Of a DNA stretch of 64,000 nucleotides, positions 9,201-18,088 are shown piece after piece. Below the pieces are notes generated by a model, which searched no databases, had not been told where the DNA came from, and saw only the letters and a program-made list of their open reading frames with translations. Source of the stretch: a virus. Made by a program: the position numbers and the translations under genes. The stretch spans positions 25,362 through 89,361 of IMG/VR virus record IMGVR_UViG_3300047322_000556; one strand, 5' to 3'. Every line of letters starts with the position of its first letter. Within the stretch, counting starts at the first letter, position 1.

Positions 9201-10097
9201 ATGGGACTCATTCTCTTCCTCAAGTCGCACATTCCGGGCTACACCAAGAAGGACGGCACTTTCGTCAAGCCGCACGACGACAAGCGCCAGAAGGCCGCGC
9301 AGCCCGCGAAGTGGTCCGGCGCGAAGGCCGCCGAGCACGCGTATTTCGCCGGGGAAGAGAAGGGGCCGAAGGGCTGGCCGTATGCGTCGCAAAAGCCGAT
9401 CGCCTCGAAGCCGAGCGAAGGCGCGAACGCGCATTGGCATCCGAAGCTCGATGACAAGGGCAAACAGGTGCGCGTGCGCTATCCGCATAAGGCGACGGAC
9501 ACGGCGAGCATGCGTCATCCGGACGCGATCGCGACGTTCACGCCGGGCATGGAAAGCATGCCGCACTCGCTCAACGGCGTGCCGTTCAAGGCGTGGATGA
9601 ACGCGCCGACGACGACGGAAGAGTGGGCGAACGTCGCGGGTCAGGTCGATATCGAAGAGCCGCAAATGCAACTGCCCGCGAAAAAGACGGCGGCGTCAGG
9701 CGTGGTCATTGTCGAGCCGGACGGCCGTTACTGGCTCATGGCGCCGACGAATCGCTTCGGTGGGTACCATCAAACCTTTCCGAAGGGCCAAGCCGAGCCC
9801 GAGCTCTCATTGCAGGCGAATGCCATCAAGGAAGCCTACGAAGAGACGGGGCTCAAGGTCGAGATCCTCGGCTTTCTCGGCGACTTCGAAAAGACGACCA
9901 GCGTCGCGCGCTACTACATGGCGAAGCGCGTCGGCGGCACGCCTGCTGATATGGGATGGGAAGCGCAGGCACTTTGCCTCGCGCCGACTGACAAGCTCTA
10001 TTCGCTGCTCAACATGAGCGGCGATCACGCCGTCGCTGAGGCGCTCGGTGCGGGTCCGGCTCCAAAGCCCAAGGCCGCGCCCGGCAAGCTCTTCTGA
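9201..10097 (+). CDS. Nudix hydrolase with N-terminal cargo-type leader
   Basis: Nudix box FPKGQAEPELSLQANAIKEAYEETGL; leader LILFLKSHIPGYTKKDGTFV resembles the N-terminus of the 3662 protein. Confidence 0.88.
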   Translation: MGLILFLKSHIPGYTKKDGTFVKPHDDKRQKAAQPAKWSGAKAAEHAYFAGEEKGPKGWPYASQKPIASKPSEGANAHWHPKLDDKGKQVRVRYPHKATDTASMRHPDAIATFTPGMESMPHSLNGVPFKAWMNAPTTTEEWANVAGQVDIEEPQMQLPAKKTAASGVVIVEPDGRYWLMAPTNRFGGYHQTFPKGQAEPELSLQANAIKEAYEETGLKVEILGFLGDFEKTTSVARYYMAKRVGGTPADMGWEAQALCLAPTDKLYSLLNMSGDHAVAEALGAGPAPKPKAAPGKLF

Positions 10098-10104
10098 TAC
10101 ACCG

Positions 10105-10128
10105 CGCCGCTCACTGAGCGGCGTTTTT
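10105..10128 (+). terminator. intrinsic terminator
   Basis: CGCCGCTC-ACT-GAGCGGCG followed by TTTTT. Confidence 0.8.
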
Positions 10129-10134
10129 CATTGC

Positions 10135-10150
10135 GTCGTGACGCCACCGT
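10135..10150 (+). promoter_or_regulatory. late promoter motif (leaderless spacing)
   Basis: GTCGTGACGCCACCGT; ATG 7 nt after the conserved T. Confidence 0.78.
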
Positions 10151-10156
10151 GACGTC

Positions 10157-11575
10157 ATGGCCTATACCGTAACACTCCCGATCCTCCACGCCGGGCAGCA
10201 GCAGCTCATGCACGAGTCGCGCCGCTATAACACGGCGTCGTGCGGCCGCCGCTTCGGCAAGACGTTTCTCGCGCAAGAAGTGCTGCTCGATGGGCCGCGC
10301 CAGAAAGGCGCGCTCAACGGCTATCCCGTCGCGCTCTACGCGCCGACGTATCAGACGATGCTCGAAAGCTGGCGCACGCTCTGTCGCACGCTCAAGGACG
10401 TCACTGACACGAAGAGCGAACAGAACAAGCGCATCGACTTGATAACCGGCGGCTCGGTCGAGTGCTACTCGCTCGATGATCCAGACGCCTCGCGGGGCCG
10501 CAAATTTGCCGTCGCCGTCATCGATGAGGCCGCGATGATTAAGCGGCTCGAAGAGGCGTGGGAACAGACGATCCAGCCGCTTCTGCTCGACTTTCAGGGT
10601 GAGGCGTGGTTTTTCTCGACGCCCAAGGGCGACAACTACTTCAAGAAGCTCTTCGACAAGGGCAACCCCGCCAATCCGAACCGCGATGACGAGTGGCAGA
10701 GCTGGCAGCTCCCGACGATCACGAACCCGCATATCAGCAAGCGCGACGTCGAGAAGATGAAAGAGGGGCTGCCGCGCCTCGTCGCACTTCAAGAATTCGA
10801 CGCCCAATTTGTCAGTTTTGCCGGTACCTTCGTCAAGGCCGAGCATATCCGCGTCGGTCAGGCGCCGCGCGGCATGCGCCTGTATCAAGGCGTCGATCTG
10901 GCAATCTCGATGAAGCAAAACGCCGACTACACGGCGATTGTGACGGTCGGGGTGGACGATCAGGGGCGCGTGTGGATCGTGGACGCCGAGCGCCGCCGGG
11001 TGGGTTTCCGCGACGCGCTCTCGTTCATCAAAGAGAAGGCCGCCAGATACAAGCCGCAGGAAATCGCGATCGAAGCGGTCCAGTATCAGGCGGCCGTGGT
11101 CGAAGAGCTGCTGCGCTCGACGGATCTGCCAGTTCGGCAAGTCAAGCCGGATAAGGATAAATTCACGCGTGCGCAGGGGCTCATCACGCGCTACGAAAAC
11201 GGGCTCGTGTGGCACAACGAGACGCTGCCGTCGTACTTTGTCGAGGAAATGCTCGCGTTCGGCCCGGACTGCGAACACGACGACTTGCTCGACGCGGCGG
11301 TCTACGCTTACGCGCTATGCGGCGACTTCGGGCGCACGCAGTTCATCCTGCCCGAGCATCAGGTGTATGAGTCGAAGATCGAGATCGTTCGCTCGATGCA
11401 CGGTCTGCCGTCGCAGGTCGCGCAGATGGTCGATACGGGCATGGAGCAGCTCGCCGCAAAGCTCAACGGCGATGCCGGGACGTGCGGCGCGTGCTCGGCG
11501 TTCGATGGGCGAGGGTGTACGTTGCGCGGATTTTCGGTCAACCGTACTGATCCGGGGTGCGAGTTCTACGCGTGA
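10157..11575 (+). CDS. terL: terminase large subunit
   Basis: CGRRFGKT Walker A, AVIDEAA Walker B, FSTP, nuclease GVDLA and HDDLLDA; Cys-rich C-terminal extension. Confidence 0.93.
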   Translation: MAYTVTLPILHAGQQQLMHESRRYNTASCGRRFGKTFLAQEVLLDGPRQKGALNGYPVALYAPTYQTMLESWRTLCRTLKDVTDTKSEQNKRIDLITGGSVECYSLDDPDASRGRKFAVAVIDEAAMIKRLEEAWEQTIQPLLLDFQGEAWFFSTPKGDNYFKKLFDKGNPANPNRDDEWQSWQLPTITNPHISKRDVEKMKEGLPRLVALQEFDAQFVSFAGTFVKAEHIRVGQAPRGMRLYQGVDLAISMKQNADYTAIVTVGVDDQGRVWIVDAERRRVGFRDALSFIKEKAARYKPQEIAIEAVQYQAAVVEELLRSTDLPVRQVKPDKDKFTRAQGLITRYENGLVWHNETLPSYFVEEMLAFGPDCEHDDLLDAAVYAYALCGDFGRTQFILPEHQVYESKIEIVRSMHGLPSQVAQMVDTGMEQLAAKLNGDAGTCGACSAFDGRGCTLRGFSVNRTDPGCEFYA

Positions 11576-11817
11576 AGAAAGGAGACAGTAAACGTCCGAT
11601 TTTATCCGTATGATGGAATTTAATTGCTTAATACAAGCTACGCAAACGGTCAACATTGCGGCGGGAATTTTTCGAAAAAAATGTTTCCGGTTGAAACAGT
11701 GGTTTTTCCCACAGTTCGCTTGTATTATCCACCCAACGGATAAAGTTTCATACGAAATGACAAGGAACTTTTACCGCGCTCCCACTACGTCACAACCAGC
11801 ACGCCCCGCTTAAAAAG

Positions 11818-12048
11818 ATGCCCCACGCACGCATGGATTCGCCTGAAGTCCTCAACGAAGAAGTCGAGCTGCTGCTCGGCGAAATGGAAGTCATGAAGGC
11901 GACGCACAAGGCGGAACTCTCCGCTACTAAAGCGATCGCGCGCCGTGAGGCGATCTCGGAAGTTCGTCGCCTGTTGCTGGAAGGTGACGGAAATCGCGAC
12001 TCGATTCTGCTCGTGCTCGATGAATTGCAGAGCAAGGCCATTCATTGA
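11818..12048 (+). CDS. small hypothetical protein
   Basis: 76-aa helical acidic ORF after an AT-rich intergenic region. Confidence 0.55.
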   Translation: MPHARMDSPEVLNEEVELLLGEMEVMKATHKAELSATKAIARREAISEVRRLLLEGDGNRDSILLVLDELQSKAIH

Positions 12049-12119
12049 TGCGTCAAGTAAAGATTGCGAACGTCCGTTCGCGATTCGTCGGACGAAAAGC
12101 AGCGCCAAGTAAAATAAAT

Positions 12120-12161
12120 TTTATCTCTGAGGTTGACATTTATCCCGTTAGTGCCTAACAT
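12120..12161 (+). promoter_or_regulatory. sigma70 promoter with two overlapping operators
   Basis: TTGACA(12133)-17 nt-TAACAT(12156); TTTATC-N5-GGTTGA over the -35; GTTAGTGCCTAAC over the spacer and -10. Confidence 0.75.
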
Positions 12162-12268
12162 TCAGTCTTGTGCAGTGCGGTAGACGCACAAGCGAGTGTT
12201 ACCAGTCAAGGCGTTACGTTTTGAGGGTTTCCACTAACGCCGGGGAAATCGGTTTACCTGAGAGAGAT

Positions 12269-12607
12269 ATGGCAATCACGTTCAATACCCAAGTGTCACA
12301 GGTGCGCATCGACGCGATCCTCGAAGCGCTGTCGGAAGGCCCGATGACGACGATCCAGATCGCCGGGGCGGCCGACTGCTCGGAGACGACTGTGCGCCGC
12401 TATATCCCGTATCTGACGGGCGAAGTGAAGCTGGTTCGCGAATGCGCCTTCGTGGACGGCAAGCAGGCGTATGCGCTGCGCGACGGCTTCGAGATCGCGC
12501 CGCGCGTAACCGGTGGTCGCATCTATTCGCAGTTCGCGCGCCATGACGTGCCGCAGCCGGTCATCCGGCGCGATCCGATGGTCGCGGCGTTCTTCGGGGG
12601 TGTGTGA
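12269..12607 (+). CDS. winged-HTH DNA-binding protein
   Basis: ILEALSEGPMTTIQIAGAADCSETTVRRYIPYL. Confidence 0.75.
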   Translation: MAITFNTQVSQVRIDAILEALSEGPMTTIQIAGAADCSETTVRRYIPYLTGEVKLVRECAFVDGKQAYALRDGFEIAPRVTGGRIYSQFARHDVPQPVIRRDPMVAAFFGGV

Positions 12608-12732
12608 TGCGCGCGCTGCGTCTGGTGCTGTGGTCTGTGCGCGCCGCGCTCACCGCGCCGCTCATGCTGGTCGTGTGGATCGCGGCGAAGCTCGTGCGCA
12701 CGCTTGCGCGCCTGCTCGGGAGTGCCGCATGA
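12607..12732 (+). CDS. small hydrophobic protein (41 aa)
   Basis: MRALRLVLWSV...; TGATG and ATGA coupling on both sides; not in the ORF track. Confidence 0.5.
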   Translation: MRALRLVLWSVRAALTAPLMLVVWIAAKLVRTLARLLGSAA

Positions 12733-12944
12733 AGCCTGCCGCCTTCCTTGTGACGTGGGCTAATGGCGAGCGCTCGCTGAAGTTCGCCGAGACGTTTGGA
12801 CCGTATTTGCGCGCTGGCGCGATCTCGCGCGGCGCAGTGGTGACACCGCTCGGGGCTATCGACTATGTCGAGCCGAAGAGCCTGCCGCATCGAATTGAAG
12901 TCGGAATGGCCGATCCCTACGCGTTCTATCGGCCGACCGCGTAA
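12729..12944 (+). CDS. hypothetical protein
   Basis: MKPAAFLVTW..., GGAG RBS. Confidence 0.55.
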   Translation: MKPAAFLVTWANGERSLKFAETFGPYLRAGAISRGAVVTPLGAIDYVEPKSLPHRIEVGMADPYAFYRPTA

Positions 12945-12962
12945 CACTCGTTGGAGTTGGAA

Positions 12963-13085
12963 GTGAACGATCAAGTTTTTGTCGCGCTCGCCTGTCTCGT
13001 GGGCGCGGTGCCGGTGGTGTGGGTCGCGGCGCGCATGGTGTTGCGCGATGCGTCTGCAATTCGTTCGATGATGGAAACACAATGA
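12963..13085 (+). CDS. small membrane protein (40 aa)
   Basis: GTG start after GGAG, one transmembrane segment, ATGA overlap with dut. Confidence 0.45.
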   Translation: MNDQVFVALACLVGAVPVVWVAARMVLRDASAIRSMMETQ

Positions 13086-13525
13086 AAACAAAATTCAAGA
13101 AGGTTCATCCGCTCGCGGTCGCGCCGCTCTACGCGACGCCGGGCGCGGCATGCTTCGATCTGGTGGCAGTCGATCACGGCACGCAGCACAAGCGCGATTC
13201 GCTCGCGATCGTGTACCGAACCGGGCTCGCCTTCGAGATTCCGGCGGGGCACGTCATGCTCGTCTACTCGCGCAGCGGCCACGGCTTCAATCAGGGCATC
13301 CGGCTCTCGAATTGCGTCGGCGTCATCGACTCGGACTATCGCGGCGAAGTCATGGTCGCGCTGCGCGACGACGGCGCGCGTGGGGCAATGATTCCGATTC
13401 CGAAGGCGGGCGATCGCGTCGCGCAGGCGATGATCGTGCCGGTCGATCGCGTAGAATTCGAAGAGGCCGACGAGCTCAGTGAAACGGCGCGTGGTGCGGG
13501 AGGTTTCGGCTCGACGGGGAACTAG
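13082..13525 (+). CDS. dut: trimeric dUTPase
   Basis: GAACFDL, SRSGHG, GVIDSDYRGE, GDRVAQ, RGAGGFGSTG motifs. Confidence 0.96.
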   Translation: MKTKFKKVHPLAVAPLYATPGAACFDLVAVDHGTQHKRDSLAIVYRTGLAFEIPAGHVMLVYSRSGHGFNQGIRLSNCVGVIDSDYRGEVMVALRDDGARGAMIPIPKAGDRVAQAMIVPVDRVEFEEADELSETARGAGGFGSTGN

Positions 13526-13527
13526 GG

Positions 13528-13752
13528 ATGATGATGGTCGAACGGGAAAGGGAGCGCGTGAGTGGCGCGGATCGCGTCGCGAAGCATCGTGACAAGGTGA
13601 TACGGGAGGGCGGCAAGCGCACGACCGTCACGATACAGCCCGACGCGGTGCGAGCGTCCGACGAGCTGATCGAGCTCGGTTACGCGGACAATCTCACTGA
13701 AGCCATCAACAAGTCGCTGCTCGAAGCGCGACGAAAACACCGCCAAGCCTGA
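13528..13752 (+). CDS. small ribbon-helix-helix-like DNA-binding protein
   Basis: ADRVAKHRDK..GGKRTTVTIQPD; paralogous to 21686-21886. Confidence 0.6.
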   Translation: MMMVERERERVSGADRVAKHRDKVIREGGKRTTVTIQPDAVRASDELIELGYADNLTEAINKSLLEARRKHRQA

Positions 13753-13755
13753 TCC

Positions 13756-13780
13756 AAAGCCCGCCGCGTGCGGGCTTTTT
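13756..13780 (+). terminator. intrinsic terminator
   Basis: AAAGCCCGC-loop-GCGGGCTTTTT. Confidence 0.85.
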
Positions 13781-13788
13781 GCTATCCG

Positions 13789-13804
13789 GTCGTGACGCAA
13801 GGAT
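13789..13804 (+). promoter_or_regulatory. late promoter motif
   Basis: GTCGTGACGCAAGGAT upstream of the portal gene (AAGGAGG RBS follows). Confidence 0.75.
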
Positions 13805-13826
13805 TCCTCTATCAAGGAGGAATTCG

Positions 13827-15701
13827 ATGAGCAAAGCCGAAAATGTGGCGTTCGACGCCAGCGCGCCCGCCGACGAGCGCGGGGATGCGCTCGGGCAGCT
13901 ACAGAAGGCTCATGCGCCGACTGCACTCTCTAGCCTGCTGCCGAACGACGCCGTGCGCGACGTCATCTCGTTCATTCAGGACGGCTTCGAAGAGGCCGCC
14001 ATGAACAAGGCGATCAACCCGAACATCGTGCCTTTCCCGTCCAAGCGCTCGCGCGACGGCGAGCCGGGCGTGCAGTCGGTCACGCTCGATGAATGGCAAG
14101 TGCAGGTTCAAGGCCAGTATTGGGACCGGCCCGGCGCGCTCTCGTTCGATTCGCTGCGCGCGATGGTCGATCAGACGCCGATTCTGAACGCTGTCATCCT
14201 CACGCGCATTCGCCAAGTGCAGCGCTTTTGCCGCGTGGCCGAGTCGGGCGACGACAAGCCCGGTTTCGAGATCCGCCACGTCGATAAACACCACAAGCTG
14301 ACGGAAAGCGAGCGCGAGTCGATCCAGTTGCTCAACCGTTTCATCGGCAACTGTGGGTGGGAGTTCAAGCCGCGCCGACGCAAGGCGCTGCGCCGCGACG
14401 CCTTCAGTCAGTTCATGGCGAAGTGGGTGCGCGATACGCTCTCGATGGACTCCGCGCCGATCGAGCTCGAATGGAAGCGCGACAAGGCGCTCGGCATCGA
14501 CGGCTTCTACAGCGTGGACGGTGCGACCATTCGCCTCTGTACAGAGGACGGATACGAAGGCGACGACGAGGTTTTCGCGCTTCAGGTCGTGCAGGGCCGC
14601 ATCTCGACGGCATATACCTTCGATGACTTGATCTACGAGCCGCGCAACCCGCGCACGGACGTGAGCGCTTCGGGCTACGGCATCTCCGAGACGGAGCTGC
14701 TCATTCGCATCGTGACGGGCTTCCTGAATGCGCTGACCTACAACATCAAGGGCTTCGATTCGAACGCGATTCCGAAGGGCATGCTGCATCTGAGCGGCAA
14801 CTACACGCAAGACGATATCGCCAGCTTCAAGCGATATTGGAATTCGATGGTGAAGGGCATCAACAATGCATGGGCGCTGCCCGTCATGGTGTCCAAGGAT
14901 CAGGAGTCGCGCGCGGGCTTCGAGAAGTTCGGCGTTGAATACAACGAAATGTACTTCGCCAAGTGGATGACCTTCTTGACCAGCATCATTTGCGCGGTCT
15001 ACGGCATGAGCCCGGCGGAAATCAACTTCGACGCCTTCAGTGGCGGCGCTACGTCGGCGCTCTCGGGCTCGGATACGGGTGAGAAGCTCGCCGCGTCGAG
15101 GGACTCGGGGCTCATGCCGCTGCTTTCGCATGCCGAAGGCATCATCACTGACTACATCATCGGCGACTTTTCCGACAAGTTCGCGTTCCGCTGGACGGGC
15201 CGCGATCCGGAGGACGCCGACCGCAAGCAGAAGAAAAAGGAGCTCATTCTCACGGTCGATGAGATGCGCTCGGAAGAGAGTTACGACCCGCATCCGGACC
15301 CGCTTATCGGTGGTGCGCCGCTCAACGGCCAGCTCGTCGCGCTCTACACGCAATCGAAGCAGCCGCAGCAGCAGGAGGACTTCGGTGCGCCGGGCGGCGG
15401 TGCGCCGGGTGAAGGCGGTGAGGCGCCGGGCGACGGCGACTTCGGCGGGCAAGGCCCGAATGGCGACTTCGGCAAGGGCGATGATCCACAGCCGGACTTT
15501 GGCAAGCCTGACGCCGTGGGCGACGCGGGCAAGCCGGGCGACGTCGCGAACGCGCCCGCTGATCCAGCGCTCGGCGACGACGCGACGGGCGACGAAATTC
15601 CTGGAGACGGCACGCCCGACGAGCCCGCCGACTTCGGCAAGCAGGCCGGTGAAGAGGACTTCGGCAAGGCGCTGCCGACCATCTACTCGCTGGAGGACTG
15701 A
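13827..15701 (+). CDS. portal protein with acidic DFGK-repeat C-terminal tail
   Basis: VDGATIRL, RNPRTD...YGISETE, IPKGML, ICAVYGMSPAEINF, LTVDEMR portal motifs. Confidence 0.9.
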   Translation: MSKAENVAFDASAPADERGDALGQLQKAHAPTALSSLLPNDAVRDVISFIQDGFEEAAMNKAINPNIVPFPSKRSRDGEPGVQSVTLDEWQVQVQGQYWDRPGALSFDSLRAMVDQTPILNAVILTRIRQVQRFCRVAESGDDKPGFEIRHVDKHHKLTESERESIQLLNRFIGNCGWEFKPRRRKALRRDAFSQFMAKWVRDTLSMDSAPIELEWKRDKALGIDGFYSVDGATIRLCTEDGYEGDDEVFALQVVQGRISTAYTFDDLIYEPRNPRTDVSASGYGISETELLIRIVTGFLNALTYNIKGFDSNAIPKGMLHLSGNYTQDDIASFKRYWNSMVKGINNAWALPVMVSKDQESRAGFEKFGVEYNEMYFAKWMTFLTSIICAVYGMSPAEINFDAFSGGATSALSGSDTGEKLAASRDSGLMPLLSHAEGIITDYIIGDFSDKFAFRWTGRDPEDADRKQKKKELILTVDEMRSEESYDPHPDPLIGGAPLNGQLVALYTQSKQPQQQEDFGAPGGGAPGEGGEAPGDGDFGGQGPNGDFGKGDDPQPDFGKPDAVGDAGKPGDVANAPADPALGDDATGDEIPGDGTPDEPADFGKQAGEEDFGKALPTIYSLED

Positions 15702-16219
15702 TGACGCGCGAATTCAACGTGAAGCAGCCGCATAGCGTCATCGAAGGCGACGAGCTCTACTTCCAGCATCCGACGCGCGGCGTGAGCTGCGCGGCCGTGC
15801 GCTCGGTGGGCAAGCACGGCGTGCGCGTGAGCGATGACGAGGCGCCTGACGGTCTGCCGGTGCGGTGGGAGCATGTACTTGGGCACAAGGCGCGCGCGCA
15901 GCGCAAGCTCGTTGTCGTGGACAAGGGCGAGGACGGCTCGATCGCCGAGGACGAAAGCGGCAAGCGCGTCTATATCAACGGGCGCATTCCGGGCGAGGCG
16001 CCGAGCGCGCCGCTCGCGAAGTCATTCGAGCTCGGTGCGGTCGCGACGCCGGACGATATCGAGCCGGTTCTGCTCGCCGCGCTTGAGGCCGGGCGCGGTT
16101 CCGCCGAGCTCGCCGCACTGATCCATCAACTCATCGAACGCACCGCGCGCACTGAGGCGCTGCTGCTGGCGCTCGTCGCGAAGTTCGGCATTCAAACTGA
16201 CACTGGAGTATCCGCATGA
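15701..16219 (+). CDS. head-associated protein with SH3/Tudor-like beta module
   Basis: GDELYF..VRSVGKHGVRV..VRWEHVLGH; similar to the C-terminal half of the next gene. Confidence 0.7.
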   Translation: MTREFNVKQPHSVIEGDELYFQHPTRGVSCAAVRSVGKHGVRVSDDEAPDGLPVRWEHVLGHKARAQRKLVVVDKGEDGSIAEDESGKRVYINGRIPGEAPSAPLAKSFELGAVATPDDIEPVLLAALEAGRGSAELAALIHQLIERTARTEALLLALVAKFGIQTDTGVSA

Positions 16220-16629
16220 CCACGATCGTGTTTTTCAAGTCGATTCGTCCGGCTGACGACAAAGAGCAGCTCGGCGCGAAGCCGGGCGAAAAGCCGCAGG
16301 AGCCCGCAGGCGACGCCGCTGCTGCCGCACAGAAGCCCGCGCCCAAGGAAGCGCCGCAAGCCGCGCAGAAGCCGCAGGGTGAGCCGCGCGAAGGTGGTGA
16401 AGGTGAGGAAGGCGGCGAAGGCTTCGGCCCGCACAACGTCGAAGCCGGGCATCACGTCGCGTTTCACGCGGGCGAGTTCAAGGGCGCGGGCAAGGTGACG
16501 GCTTCGGGTGAGGACGGCTGCACGGTCGCGGATAAGAGCGGGCGCGAGCATCGCGTGCATTGGCACGAGGTCAAGGGTCATCACGACGGCGCGGCTGAAG
16601 GTGCGGCCGAGAAGGGTTCGGCCGAGTAA
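16216..16629 (+). CDS. head-associated protein with cargo-type leader and SH3/Tudor-like module
   Basis: MTTIVFFKS leader; GHHVAF..VTASGEDGCTV..VHWHEVKGH. Confidence 0.7.
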   Translation: MTTIVFFKSIRPADDKEQLGAKPGEKPQEPAGDAAAAAQKPAPKEAPQAAQKPQGEPREGGEGEEGGEGFGPHNVEAGHHVAFHAGEFKGAGKVTASGEDGCTVADKSGREHRVHWHEVKGHHDGAAEGAAEKGSAE

Positions 16630-17792
16630 TGGCGCTCCTGCTCGACATTGGTCCGATCTCGTGTGGCTGCACGAATCACGCGCTGGAGCTCTTTTCGAAG
16701 GCAATGAGCGGTGAGGACGGCTCGGACGAAGGCATCTGGAAGCCGCACGATTCGCCGTTCGTGCGGTATCTGATCGAGCTCTTCACGTCGAAGGGCTTGA
16801 CGATGCTGTCCGACGTGCAGGCCGAGCTCAATGCGTGGATCGAAGGGCAGCGCTATCAGCCGAGCCCGCAGCCGGTCGAGAAGCCGCAGCCGCAGCTCTA
16901 TGCGCAGTGGACGCCCGCCGAAATGGATCTTGTCGAGCTCTACCTATCGAGCCTCTCGCGCATGCAGTTCACGCTCGAAGATTGGGGCTTGCTGATCGAC
17001 TTCCTGATTCAGCGCTATATGCCGCTGTCCGATCTTCAGAAGCAGGCGACGGCGCTCGCCGTGCGCGCCGCGCTCATGGGCAAGGCGCAAAAGATCATCG
17101 AGACGATTCCGGATGATGCGGCCGCGAAGGTGGTCGAGTCCATGCCGCAGAGCTACGCGGAAGCGCGCGAGCTCTTCGGCGGCCAGAAGCTCTTCGACTC
17201 GGTCATGGAATACGGCACGCTGCGCGCGTGCGAGAACGTGCAGCAGTTGAGCGACGAAGTACGCCATCGTATGAAAAGCACGGTGCTCGCGTCGGTGTCG
17301 CAAGCGCAGCAGGGCGACGTGTGGGCGGTCAGTGCGCTCCAGCAAAAGCTGCTCGATGACTTCGCGACGATGAACAGGGATTGGCGTCGCATCGCCGTGA
17401 CCGAAGCCGGTGAGTGCGCGAATCAGGGCTTCATCGCGTCGCTGCCGCTCGGCACGAAGGTCAAGCGCATGGAGATTTATCACGGCGCGTGCTCCTACTG
17501 CCGAAAGATCAACGGTCGTGTGATGACGGTCGTCGCGGCGAACGACCCGAACAAGGACGGCGACACGGACGTGTGGCCGGGCAAGACGAACGTCGGGCGA
17601 TCCAGCGCGCGGCGCAAGCGCGTCGGCGACGAGCTCATCGAGCGCACGCCTGAAGAAATGTGGTGGGTACCGGCGGGCACGGTGCATCCGCATTGCCGGG
17701 GCATCTGGCATGTGCTGCGCAAGATTCAGACGGCGGGCGACGAGAAGTTTACGGCGTGGCTCGCGCAGCATTTGGCGGGTCCGGATAAATAA
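16629..17792 (+). CDS. MuF / SPP1 gp7-like head morphogenesis protein
   Basis: RDWRRIAVTE, CSYC, HPHCRG motifs; follows the portal gene. Confidence 0.85.
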   Translation: MALLLDIGPISCGCTNHALELFSKAMSGEDGSDEGIWKPHDSPFVRYLIELFTSKGLTMLSDVQAELNAWIEGQRYQPSPQPVEKPQPQLYAQWTPAEMDLVELYLSSLSRMQFTLEDWGLLIDFLIQRYMPLSDLQKQATALAVRAALMGKAQKIIETIPDDAAAKVVESMPQSYAEARELFGGQKLFDSVMEYGTLRACENVQQLSDEVRHRMKSTVLASVSQAQQGDVWAVSALQQKLLDDFATMNRDWRRIAVTEAGECANQGFIASLPLGTKVKRMEIYHGACSYCRKINGRVMTVVAANDPNKDGDTDVWPGKTNVGRSSARRKRVGDELIERTPEEMWWVPAGTVHPHCRGIWHVLRKIQTAGDEKFTAWLAQHLAGPDK

Positions 17793-17794
17793 AA

Positions 17795-17847
17795 ACTACC
17801 TACCGGATAAAAAGCACTTGTATCTCCGAGATAAAGTGTTTTAAGAT
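17795..17847 (+). promoter_or_regulatory. promoter with tandem 17-bp operators
   Basis: ACTACC-N5-GATAAA (17795) and TGTATC-N5-GATAAA (17819); TTGTAT-18 nt-TAAGAT. Confidence 0.6.
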
Positions 17848-17887
17848 TGCTCCCACTGAGACGCAGCAAACAACACAGGGGAACGAG

Positions 17888-18034
17888 ATGAAAAACGCAG
17901 ACTTCGGATTCGCGCATCGCAAGGCTTTTCTGGCTGAAACGGCGCGCAGCGTGGCTTCGCGTGTGTTTGGCGCGGCGCTCGGAATCATCATCTGCGGCTC
18001 GATCACTGGTGCGATGCTGGCGGCTCGGGGATAA
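17888..18034 (+). CDS. small membrane protein (48 aa)
   Basis: MKNADFGFAHRK..., C-terminal transmembrane segment, GGGGA RBS; not in the ORF track. Confidence 0.55.
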   Translation: MKNADFGFAHRKAFLAETARSVASRVFGAALGIIICGSITGAMLAARG

Positions 18035-18088
18035 ATCTACCGGGTAAAGTCGGTGCAACTCCATCTCTTCACGAAGGAAATTAGTCGC

